From positions 2,250,001 to 2,282,000 of the forward strand of contig NC_007969.1 of the NCBI RefSeq assembly GCF_000013905.1: a stretch of DNA of 32,000 nt, written 5' to 3'. Below, piece by piece: positions 24,112 to 32,000 of this stretch. How positions within the stretch are numbered: the first letter of the stretch is position 1; each line of letters starts with the position of its first letter. The notes beneath the pieces are model-generated. The model was not told the DNA's origin. It made no database searches and saw nothing but the letters and a program-made list of their open reading frames with translations. The stretch is from Psychrobacter cryohalolentis K5. GTDB lineage: Bacteria; Pseudomonadota; Gammaproteobacteria; Pseudomonadales; Moraxellaceae. A program made the translations under genes and the position numbers.

Positions 24112-26052
24112 CTACGGAGTAATAAATATCAATGCCAAACGAATGGTATTGTAATCAGCGCTTTGTTTTAAATGCTCAAATATCGGACGCAGCTTAATAC
24201 TACCATCATCATTAAAATCATTTGGGTTATTAGCAACTTTAATCGCCACATAGGCATTACCCACTGCCGTCATAACCTCATCTTCTGGCCGCAGATGATC
24301 ACAAGCGAGGCTCGGGTCTTGAGATTTCAGCTCAGCAATATGGCGCATAATGGTAGACTGTGACAGCTGCCGTGCTTGCGATATTTCCGCGATAGATAAA
24401 CTTTCTTCAAGAAGTATTCGTGTGGCAAGTAAGGTACTGTCTGACTTATCAGACACTTGATTGCCAAGTTTCTGTTTTTTTCCTATTTGCGCTTGCTGCT
24501 GTTCACGGCGCTTTGTTTGTAGAGTGGCATAAGCATCAATCACTGACTTGCTTAATGTACCGCCGGACTTTAGAATAAACTTCTCATGTGCCTGTGTCAT
24601 GCTTTCTTCATCAAGCATTGCATAATTGGCATCCGCTTCATCAGACAGCACTAAAAAACGCTTATCTGCACCGCGTGCCAGTGGGTCAAGCTGCAAGCTC
24701 ATTTCATTCATACCGAGCAACTGCAGACCTGCCAGCGATTTTAACCGTGATAACGCCACATATCCTTGACCAAGCTCAAAGGTACGTGACAGGTCAATCT
24801 CAGCAGCTTCAAGCGTCATACCTTGCGACTTATGAATGGTAATCGCCCAAGCTAGACATAATGGCACTTGCTCATAGCTTGCGAGCACATCGCCCGTCTC
24901 GTCCTCGATAATCCATTCTTCCGGTTCAGCGATAACCTCACGCCCAGTATTTAACCTAACCACTGGCATTTTTTGTGTCGTTGGCTTTTTAACTTTTGCT
25001 TTATCTTTTTTGGCTTTTTCTTTTGCGCTTTTGGCAGCCTGCTTATCGTTACCAACATCACTGTCTTTATCGCTACCAATATCATCGTCTTCGATTAAAT
25101 CGTCACTACTTTCTTTGCTATCATCAATTTTGACAGCAGCAAAGCCAATCAGCTCACCCATCGTACCGTTAGACACGCCAAGCTCGGTATTGTTTTTGAT
25201 AAACATCACCTTTGAGCCAACTTTTAATACCAAGTCATCTTGAGTACGAACCGTCTTCTTTAGCGTCTCAACCAGTTTACTATCGCCAACAGATGTGGCT
25301 TCAAAGCGCATCATCTCGCCAGACAAATCAGCCAACTCTTTGTCATTGATTTTATTAACGTTTAGATTGTGCGTATAAAGACGCGTACGCTTGATATCGA
25401 CGTTTTGATCAAAAGTAGCTTCTAAGGCGGCAATCGCCTCAAAGGTGACTTCTTGACGACGGATTTGATTGAGAATATCGTCTAAATCAAGCCCACCATT
25501 TGCCGCGTCGCTGACCTGCCGATGTTGCTCAGACAGATAGCAGATGTGAAACTTAGCATCAAGCCACGCCTCACTCATAAAGGCAAACTTCTCACGATTG
25601 CTCTCGCCCTTGCTACCAATCGGTGGTAACTGAAAAAAGTCGCCTGCAACAACGACTTGGATACCACCGAAAGCTTTGTCATTTTTGCGTACATGCTTAA
25701 GCACTTGGCTGACCAAATTAATCTGCTTGGCATGCAGCATCGATATCTCATCGATGATAAGTACCGCGGTGTCTTTTAATCTATCTGCCAAAAACTGCTT
25801 ACGTGATAAATTGGTTAAATCGCGATCCGTTAGCTCATCCTTAATACCAATGCCCGACCAACTATGAATGGTCGTGCCATTCATATGAGTGGCGGCAATG
25901 CCTGTACTCGCGGTCACAGCAACCGGTACCCGACGCGCGCGTAGATAATCGATATATTGGTTAAGTGTATAAGTCTTACCTGAACCTGCTGAGCCCGTCA
26001 AAAAGACGTTTTGACCTGTTTTTAAAATATCAAGAGCAGAAGATTGACGCAT
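24112..26052 (-). CDS. SF1B Pif1/RecD-like ATP-dependent DNA helicase with a C-terminal HTH-like domain
   Basis: Walker A is TGSAGSGKTYTL, Walker B is LIIDEISM, and it has QLPPIG and ...AITIHKSQG... (SF1 motifs). The C-terminus ...IAEISQARQLSQSTIMRHI... looks like an HTH. Confidence 0.85.
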   Translation of the reverse strand: MRQSSALDILKTGQNVFLTGSAGSGKTYTLNQYIDYLRARRVPVAVTASTGIAATHMNGTTIHSWSGIGIKDELTDRDLTNLSRKQFLADRLKDTAVLIIDEISMLHAKQINLVSQVLKHVRKNDKAFGGIQVVVAGDFFQLPPIGSKGESNREKFAFMSEAWLDAKFHICYLSEQHRQVSDAANGGLDLDDILNQIRRQEVTFEAIAALEATFDQNVDIKRTRLYTHNLNVNKINDKELADLSGEMMRFEATSVGDSKLVETLKKTVRTQDDLVLKVGSKVMFIKNNTELGVSNGTMGELIGFAAVKIDDSKESSDDLIEDDDIGSDKDSDVGNDKQAAKSAKEKAKKDKAKVKKPTTQKMPVVRLNTGREVIAEPEEWIIEDETGDVLASYEQVPLCLAWAITIHKSQGMTLEAAEIDLSRTFELGQGYVALSRLKSLAGLQLLGMNEMSLQLDPLARGADKRFLVLSDEADANYAMLDEESMTQAHEKFILKSGGTLSKSVIDAYATLQTKRREQQQAQIGKKQKLGNQVSDKSDSTLLATRILLEESLSIAEISQARQLSQSTIMRHIAELKSQDPSLACDHLRPEDEVMTAVGNAYVAIKVANNPNDFNDDGSIKLRPIFEHLKQSADYNTIRLALIFITP

Positions 26053-26186
26053 ATATCCAAACCAACCAAGAGTATAAGAAAGAAAGCTGACAGGATTAAA
26101 TTCATAACCATGACGAGCTAAAAGTATTTAACCTCAATTATAACAGCTACATCCATTTTGCGAACCACTTTAACCGTCCTACCTCG

Positions 26187-26203
26187 CATAACTTTAAGTT
26201 ATG
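26187..26203. promoter_or_regulatory. 17-bp perfect palindrome in the helicase/aldB divergent spacer (candidate operator)
   Basis: CATAACTT-T-AAGTTATG has 8-bp arms and lies about 130 nt upstream of the aldB ATG. Confidence 0.3.
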
Positions 26204-26331
26204 TGATACAAAGCATATCATTATAAAAAGTCATTATCGCTTGGAGCCAAAGCTCAGTACGATAGAGTCATAGCTTGGTCAGGATGGTCAAGTAAGGCTA
26301 CATAACTATATTACACAACAAGGAATCGTTC

Positions 26332-27858
26332 ATGTTATACGCTTATCCCAATACTGAAAACAGTCCCGTCCAATTCCGCGAAAAATATGGTAACTTTATC
26401 AATGGTGAGTGGGTCGCGCCAATCGATGGCGAGTACTTTGACAACTCAAGTCCAATCGACGGTAAAATCTTCTGCCAAATCGCACGCTCAAAAGAAGCAG
26501 ATGTCGAAGCTGCCCTAGATGCCGCTCATGCCGCCAAAGATGCATGGGGCAAAACCAGCGTTACTGAACGCTCTAATATGTTGCTCAAACTTGCCGATGG
26601 TATCGAAGCCAATTTAGAGGCCATCGCTATTGCCGAAAGCTATGAAAACGGCAAACCCGTACGTGAAACCCTAGCCGCAGATATTCCAATCGCCATTGAC
26701 CACTTGCGTTACTTCGCTGGTGTGATTCGCGCGCAAGAAGGCGGTATCAGCCAAATTGATGAAGATACGGTCGCTTATCATTTTCATGAGCCACTTGGCG
26801 TCGTCGGTCAAATCATCCCTTGGAACTTCCCTATTCTAATGGCGATCTGGAAAATTGCACCTGCTCTTGCAGCGGGTAACTGTGTCGTCCTCAAGCCTGC
26901 CGAGCAAACCCCTGCTTCTGTCTTATTTATGCTGGACTTAATAGGCGCGGCGGACATTCTGCCTAAAGGCGTACTGAACGTCGTTAATGGCTTCGGTGTT
27001 GAAGCCGGTAAACCAATCGCTTCCAACCCACGTATCGACAAAGTGTCCTTTACTGGTGAGACCACCACTGGTCGCCTCATCATGCAATACGCTAGTGAAA
27101 ATATCATTCCTGTAACGCTAGAGCTAGGCGGTAAAAGTCCAAACATCTTCTTTGCCGATATCATGGATGAAGACGATGACTTCTTAGACAAAGCCGTCGA
27201 AGGTCTGGTCATGTTTGCGCTAAACCAAGGCGAGGTTTGTACTTGCCCATCACGTGCACTCGTACACGAAAGCATCTATGATGAATTTATGAAACGCTGT
27301 ATCGCCCGCGTTAAAGCCATCAAAATGGGCAACCCGCTTGATACCGATACTATGATTGGCGCGCAAGCCAGCTCAGATCAGCTAGAAAAAATCCTCTCTT
27401 ACCTCGATATCGGTAAAAAAGAAGGTGCCAAAGTCTTAGTCGGTGGCGAACTTGCCAAACATGATGGCGACATGGCAAACGGTTATTATGTGCAGCCAAC
27501 CATCTTTGAAGGCACGAATGACATGCGCGTGTTCCAAGAAGAGATCTTTGGTCCTGTGCTTGCTGTGACGACCTTTAAAGATGATGAAGAAGCAATGGCG
27601 CTCGCCAATGATACCTTATACGGTCTTGGTGCTGGTGTATGGACGCGTAATGGTACTCGCGCTTATCGTTTCGGTCGTGGCATTAAAGCTGGTCGCGTTT
27701 GGACGAATTGCTATCACCTTTATCCTGCGCATTCAGCATTTGGTGGTTATAAGCAGTCTGGTATTGGTCGTGAAAACCATCTAATGATGCTCGATCATTA
27801 TCAGCAGACCAAAAACATGCTGGTTTCATACAGTCCTAAAGCGATGGGCTTCTTTTAA
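26332..27858 (+). CDS. aldB: NAD(P)+-dependent aldehyde dehydrogenase, AldB/AcoD (acetaldehyde dehydrogenase II) type
   Basis: Long stretches are nearly identical to E. coli AldB as I recall it: [62 protein letters not shown] and [25 protein letters not shown]. Confidence 0.9.
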   Translation: MLYAYPNTENSPVQFREKYGNFINGEWVAPIDGEYFDNSSPIDGKIFCQIARSKEADVEAALDAAHAAKDAWGKTSVTERSNMLLKLADGIEANLEAIAIAESYENGKPVRETLAADIPIAIDHLRYFAGVIRAQEGGISQIDEDTVAYHFHEPLGVVGQIIPWNFPILMAIWKIAPALAAGNCVVLKPAEQTPASVLFMLDLIGAADILPKGVLNVVNGFGVEAGKPIASNPRIDKVSFTGETTTGRLIMQYASENIIPVTLELGGKSPNIFFADIMDEDDDFLDKAVEGLVMFALNQGEVCTCPSRALVHESIYDEFMKRCIARVKAIKMGNPLDTDTMIGAQASSDQLEKILSYLDIGKKEGAKVLVGGELAKHDGDMANGYYVQPTIFEGTNDMRVFQEEIFGPVLAVTTFKDDEEAMALANDTLYGLGAGVWTRNGTRAYRFGRGIKAGRVWTNCYHLYPAHSAFGGYKQSGIGRENHLMMLDHYQQTKNMLVSYSPKAMGFF

Positions 27859-27888
27859 TCTAAAAACATGTACTGATTTTAGATAAAT

Positions 27889-27923
27889 AAATGCAATCTA
27901 TCGTAAGGTAGATTGCATTTTTG
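27889..27923 (+). terminator. Hairpin with T-run between aldB and the DUF779 gene (terminator or attenuator)
   Basis: aatgcaatcta (27890-27900) pairs with tagattgcatt (27909-27919), followed by ttttg. Confidence 0.5.
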
Positions 27924-27977
27924 CTTTAATAAGGCATCAATAAGAATGAGCTATCCATAAATGATAAGGAAATTATT

Positions 27978-28304
27978 ATGAACGTCACGGCGACAGAATC
28001 CTGTAAAGAGCTAATCGAACTATTAAGATCCAAGCATGGCGAATTGATGTTTCATCTATCAGGAGGCTGCTGCGATGGCAGCTCGCCGATGTGTTATCCA
28101 TTAGGTGAGTTTAAGGTCGGTGGGCAAGATGTGCTGGTCGGTGAGCTCAGCGGCTGTCCGTTTTACATGGGCAAACCTCAATACAAATTGTGGCAGCATA
28201 CCGATCTGACCATTGATGTGGTAGATGGACGTGGTGCCAGTTTTTCACTTGAGATACCCGAAGGCAAGCGATTCATTGTGCGTTCAGAAGTCTGTGCGGT
28301 CTAA
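27978..28304 (+). CDS. DUF779-family protein (conserved aldehyde-dehydrogenase neighbour, function unknown)
   Basis: It has the LMFHLSGGCCDGSSPMCYP and IDVVDGRGASFSLE motifs typical of DUF779. The 108 aa gene lies directly downstream of aldB, as in many proteobacteria. Confidence 0.85.
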   Translation: MNVTATESCKELIELLRSKHGELMFHLSGGCCDGSSPMCYPLGEFKVGGQDVLVGELSGCPFYMGKPQYKLWQHTDLTIDVVDGRGASFSLEIPEGKRFIVRSEVCAV

Positions 28305-28509
28305 CATTTAATAACAGACAATAAGATATCAGACTTACTACGCCACCCTTTTTATTACCTAAACAATTGATATATATGAAAATTTATAACAACCTTATAC
28401 CTTGTAGTCATTTTTACTTCATTATTGCAGCAAAATAATAGATACTCTAAAGCGTAAGCTATTTCAATAAATACGTTTTAATGAGCATGGATGCTACAGG
28501 GAATATAAA

Positions 28510-30153
28510 ATGGAACTTGATGGAAACTTTGATTACGTCATCGTTGGTGGCGGTTCAGCTGGCTGTGTGCTTGCCAGCCGATTAACAGAAAACCCAGACA
28601 TCAGTGTCTGCTTGTTAGAATATGGTGGTGAGGGCAAAGACTTGGCAGTTCGCGTACCTGCTGGACTGATTTTGATGGTGCCGGGCAAGCCACTAAAATT
28701 AAACAATTGGTGCTTTCACACTACTCCGCAAATCCATCTTAATAACCGACGCGGCTTTCAACCGCGCGGTCAATGTTTGGGTGGCTCCTCCGCTATCAAT
28801 GCCATGATTTATACGCGTGGCAGTGCGCTTGATTATGAACGCTGGGTTGAGCAAGGTTGCACAGGCTGGGGTTTTGATGATGTACTGCCTTACTTTATCA
28901 AATCAGAAAACAATATCCACGGCGCGGACGAGCTGCATGGTGATAGTGGACCACTGCATGTCAGTGATTTACTAAGTCCACGCGATATCTCAAAAGCTTT
29001 TGTAGAAGCTGCTATTGCCAATGGTTTAGATCAAAATGATGACTTTAACGGCAAAAAACAAGACGGTGCAGGATTATATCAAGTCACCCATTTTCATGGG
29101 GAAAAACAAGGTCAACGCTGTTCTGCCGCTGCTGCTTATCTACATCCAGTACAAAGCCGACCCAATCTAACCGTCATCACCCACGCACAAGCTGACCGCG
29201 TCATCTTTGAAGACAAACAAGCGACTGGCGTGATCTATGAAAAGGATGGTGTCGAGCATACGGTTATGGCTCGCCATGAAGTGATATTATCAGGCGGCAC
29301 TTTTGGCTCACCCAAAGTTTTGATGCTATCAGGCATTGGTCCTGCTGAACATTTGCAGTCTCATGGCATCGAGGTATTGGTAGATGCGCCCGACGTTGGC
29401 GGTAACTTACAAGATCATTTGGACGTCGTTTTTGATTATGAAGTTAATACTACTGATGTCATCGGTATTGGTATAGCAACTATTTCAACCTTGACCAAAA
29501 GTATTCGGCAATGGCGAAAAGATGGCACAGGTCTGTTATCTACCAATTATGCAGAAGCTGGCGCGTTCTTTAGCGTCGGTGACGACCCACAAGAATGGCC
29601 AAATACCCAGCTGCATTTTGTGATATCTCGCGTGATTGAACACGGACGTGATCTTAGAAGGGGATTTGCCGTTTCTTGTCATACCTGCTATTTACGCCCT
29701 GAAAGCCGTGGTACGGTCAGACTCGATTCTGCCAATCCCTCTGACGCCGTGTTAATTGATCCAAACTATCTTTCGCATCCGAAAGATGTAGAGTATATGG
29801 TCGCTGGTGCAGAGCGTACGCGCGCCATTATGCAAGAGTCGCCAATGGCTGAATACATCACTGAGGACTACCCTGCCCCCTATATCGAAAAAGACGGTAT
29901 GCTTGGCTATATCCGTAATAAATCAGACACTATCTACCACCCTGTAGGCACTTGCCGTATGGGCTCAGACAGCGATTCAGTCGTTGATTTAGAATTAAAA
30001 GTACGCGGCGTAAATGGACTAAGGGTCATCGATGCTTCAGTGATGCCAACCTTAATCAGTGCCAATACCAACGCACCGACGATTATGATTGCTGAAAAAA
30101 TAGCAGACCTTATCAAGGCCAATCACGTGCATGCTGAGTCAGTCCCTGCTTAA
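28510..30153 (+). CDS. GMC-family FAD oxidoreductase (choline/alcohol dehydrogenase, AlkJ/BetA-like)
   Basis: The N-terminal FAD motif is DYVIVGGGSAGCVLASRLTE. It also has GGSSAINAM, and the C-terminal active-site region is IYHPVGTCRMG...LRVIDASVMP. Confidence 0.9.
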   Translation: MELDGNFDYVIVGGGSAGCVLASRLTENPDISVCLLEYGGEGKDLAVRVPAGLILMVPGKPLKLNNWCFHTTPQIHLNNRRGFQPRGQCLGGSSAINAMIYTRGSALDYERWVEQGCTGWGFDDVLPYFIKSENNIHGADELHGDSGPLHVSDLLSPRDISKAFVEAAIANGLDQNDDFNGKKQDGAGLYQVTHFHGEKQGQRCSAAAAYLHPVQSRPNLTVITHAQADRVIFEDKQATGVIYEKDGVEHTVMARHEVILSGGTFGSPKVLMLSGIGPAEHLQSHGIEVLVDAPDVGGNLQDHLDVVFDYEVNTTDVIGIGIATISTLTKSIRQWRKDGTGLLSTNYAEAGAFFSVGDDPQEWPNTQLHFVISRVIEHGRDLRRGFAVSCHTCYLRPESRGTVRLDSANPSDAVLIDPNYLSHPKDVEYMVAGAERTRAIMQESPMAEYITEDYPAPYIEKDGMLGYIRNKSDTIYHPVGTCRMGSDSDSVVDLELKVRGVNGLRVIDASVMPTLISANTNAPTIMIAEKIADLIKANHVHAESVPA

Positions 30154-30174
30154 CATAGTTTAAGATGATTAATC

Positions 30175-30203
30175 GAGCCCAAAATCAAGTTTCATTTGGG
30201 CTC
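30175..30203. terminator. Bidirectional hairpin between the convergent GMC oxidoreductase and NERD genes
   Basis: gagcccaaa (30175-30183) pairs with tttgggctc (30195-30203). It overlaps the NERD stop codon by 2 nt. Confidence 0.65.
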
Positions 30204-31218
30204 AATTTGTATTGACTACTCCGCGACATTTTGGAAATTGGCTACAACCAAAAAAGGTCTGCCCAAGATGGGCGCCTTTTTTTGCAACGCGTTTGACCAT
30301 CTCACTATTACATCTCGGGCAAGTTGGTGCTTGGATGAAATTAGCTATATTGTCTATCGCCACAAGTGTCGCAGGGTAATGCACTTGTGGCTCAGTCTCT
30401 ATAACCTCAAAGGGTGTGAGAAAAACTTTATCAGTAATATCATGCGGCGAACTTATCTGCTGAGTACTCAAACTATCAATTGGTAAATCGCTAGACTCAA
30501 TCTCAGTTTGACCAGACCATCGATGCACTGCTCTACTTTTCAGCCTGGCTCGTTTAGCGGTTTCTTTTACTATCGGCTCAGATGTAGACTTAGCAGTAGT
30601 TGTAGCAACTGACTTACCATTAGAGTTATTGCTAGACGACTTGCTTGGATTGCTATGCTTATCCTTTAGATAAGCTTTGTGCTCTCTATTAGTGCGCCAC
30701 GACTTACTAAATCTATTGCTGTTAATCTGCTCAACGATGGATGTGACCTCGTCTTCAGTAAGTATCTCATCCTGCTTTCTTTTAATATAAGACACCATCC
30801 CACTCGTCAATACGTGCTCCGGCAACTCATCGCGAGTTTTTAGCTCACACTCTCCAATGAACGCAATCATCGAATGAAAGTAGCTCATCTCTAATGCTAA
30901 TAAATCCGCCAGCGTTTTGATATGCAAATAATTCTGGCGTAATGGGTTTTGGAACTTATACTTGCGACCCATAATGACTTGCGTCCACTGTCTTTGCGCC
31001 TCATTACCAAATATCCAGCCTTTATAGTTTTTGGTTTCGATGACAAAGATGCCATATTTAGAGACAATGACATGGTCGATTTGGGTACTACCACCATTGG
31101 CTAATGGTAAAGTGATATTATTTAAACGGTGATAAAGGTCTTTTTCTAGCTTTAACCACATGGCAACATTAATGACTGTTTCGCCTAAGACACCTTTGAA
31201 GCTGGACATGAGGGACAT
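30202..31218 (-). CDS. NERD-domain (nuclease-related) protein with a C-terminal topoisomerase-type C4 zinc finger
   Basis: The N-terminal region ...GETVINVAM...QIDHVIVSKYGIFVIETKNYKGWIFG fits the NERD pattern (D...E.K). A Ser/Asn-rich linker follows. The C-terminus CPRCNSEMV...FFGCSQFPKCRG is a zf-C4_Topoisom-like motif. ATG at 31218 is preferred over the track start at 31293. Confidence 0.75.
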   Translation of the reverse strand: MSLMSSFKGVLGETVINVAMWLKLEKDLYHRLNNITLPLANGGSTQIDHVIVSKYGIFVIETKNYKGWIFGNEAQRQWTQVIMGRKYKFQNPLRQNYLHIKTLADLLALEMSYFHSMIAFIGECELKTRDELPEHVLTSGMVSYIKRKQDEILTEDEVTSIVEQINSNRFSKSWRTNREHKAYLKDKHSNPSKSSSNNSNGKSVATTTAKSTSEPIVKETAKRARLKSRAVHRWSGQTEIESSDLPIDSLSTQQISSPHDITDKVFLTPFEVIETEPQVHYPATLVAIDNIANFIQAPTCPRCNSEMVKRVAKKGAHLGQTFFGCSQFPKCRGVVNTN

Positions 31219-31471
31219 AATCGTCTTCCAATAAAAAAGATAAAAACACTTATAATTAAAATAGTATGCTGTCTTAAACCATTTACCTAACACGCCTCAA
31301 GTGCTTATAACTTTAATAGTACATTGAAATCGCTTAATTGTAGTAGGATATCGCCTTACTATAGTCGATTGATTTTAAAAAGAATAGAGCACGGATTAAT
31401 TACTATAGAACCACTTGAATTAAATTATTTTAACTACTGATATACCTCCTATTTCTCTTTGGATCAGACAT

Positions 31472-32000
31472 ATGACCACACCTGTCACCTCTTTGCTGAA
31501 AATCACACTCAGCAGCTGCCTACTATTATCATTACCAGTCATAGGATTGGCGGCGACCGTTCCGCAAAAATGGAAACTGGACGTCCCAAAGACCAATGTC
31601 GAGTTCGAGGTCAATTATTTGGGTAAAGCCATGACTGACGGCAGGTTCAATAAGGTCAATGGCGCCATCAATTATGACGTCAATAAACCTGCAAGCACGA
31701 CCATTAATTTTACCGTTTTTACCAATAGTATCGATACTGATCGCAGCTTGAGAGATTCATTTTTGCGCCGAAAGGAGCTTTTGAATACGAAACAATATCC
31801 GACGATGACTTTTGTTTCTAAAAAAGTCAGCATGATAAATACTAAAGAAGCCAATGTGACCGGTGACTTTACAGTGTTGGGTCAAACCAAACCTTTGACG
31901 GTGAGAGTAACGTTATCAGATGTAGAGAATGATCCTGTCACCTCTAGACCTACCTTAAAATTTCGCGCGACGGGCTTGGTAGATCGTTACAACTACGGGG
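31472..32000 (+). CDS. YceI-family periplasmic polyisoprenoid/lipid-binding protein, N-terminal ~176 codons (continues beyond the window)
   Basis: Not in the ORF track because there is no stop in the window. My translation: MTTPVTSLLKITLSSCLLLSLPVIGLAATVPQKWKLDVPKTNVEFEVNYLGKAMTDGRFNKVNGAINYDVNKPASTTINFTVFTNSIDTD...QYPTMTFVSKKV...GDFTVLGQTKPLTV... This is a signal peptide plus the YceI-like pattern. The frame is open to nt 32000. Confidence 0.75.
   Translation, partial: MTTPVTSLLKITLSSCLLLSLPVIGLAATVPQKWKLDVPKTNVEFEVNYLGKAMTDGRFNKVNGAINYDVNKPASTTINFTVFTNSIDTDRSLRDSFLRRKELLNTKQYPTMTFVSKKVSMINTKEANVTGDFTVLGQTKPLTVRVTLSDVENDPVTSRPTLKFRATGLVDRYNYG

Noticed and set aside
26332-30153. Interpreting the ALDH plus GMC oxidoreductase as the betB/betA choline-to-betaine pathway
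   Set aside because: The ALDH is AldB/AcoD-type (long N-terminus, near-identical AldB motifs) and is followed by DUF779. No betI or betT is present. General alcohol/aldehyde oxidation is more likely.
1-32000. Scan for CRISPR arrays, IS elements/transposases, integrases, prophage genes and known multi-gene defence systems
   Set aside because: I saw no regularly spaced direct repeats, no DDE or tyrosine/serine recombinase-like ORF, no phage structural genes and no recognisable defence operon. The window reads as mostly ordinary chromosome with a few accessory loci.

Overview
32-kb chromosomal window from a moderately AT-rich Gram-negative bacterium. Gene content and the Csu-type pilus suggest a Moraxellaceae or Psychrobacter-like gammaproteobacterium, but that taxon is inference only. 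I support about 31 protein genes and 2 tRNAs. By eye I found no rRNA, CRISPR array, IS element, transposase, integrase or phage gene. Gene order: (1) the 3' end of ppc. (2) A GntR/HutC regulator divergent from an anion permease, then a tctCBA tripartite transporter and a D-cysteine-desulfhydrase-family PLP enzyme. (3) A minimal 4-gene archaic (Csu/SCPU-type) chaperone-usher pilus operon, in which the chaperone and usher genes are much more GC-rich than the pilin gene. (4) A trkH-trkA-lipoprotein operon. (5) A small metal-handling cluster: an unannotated 50-codon Cys-rich ORF absent from the ORF track, a tandem-DUF305 lipoprotein and a DUF411/CopG-like lipoprotein. (6) A DMT permease and a YgjP-like metallopeptidase. 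(7) tRNA-Asn, an orphan ribbon-helix-helix protein, an orphan lipoprotein and tRNA-Ser. (8) A divergent GAPDH-family gene and a Pif1/RecD-like helicase. (9) aldB, DUF779 and a GMC oxidoreductase. (10) A NERD plus zinc-finger protein and the 5' part of a yceI-family gene. I do not see a convincing new multi-gene system such as a defence island. The most novel-looking items are the hidden metallothionein-like ORF next to the CopG-like and CopM-like genes, the TTT-transporter/DcyD-family locus, the compositionally mosaic pilus operon, the two-gene cassette between the tRNAs, and a composite repeat in the gap-helicase spacer. All family assignments come from motif recognition by eye and need database confirmation.
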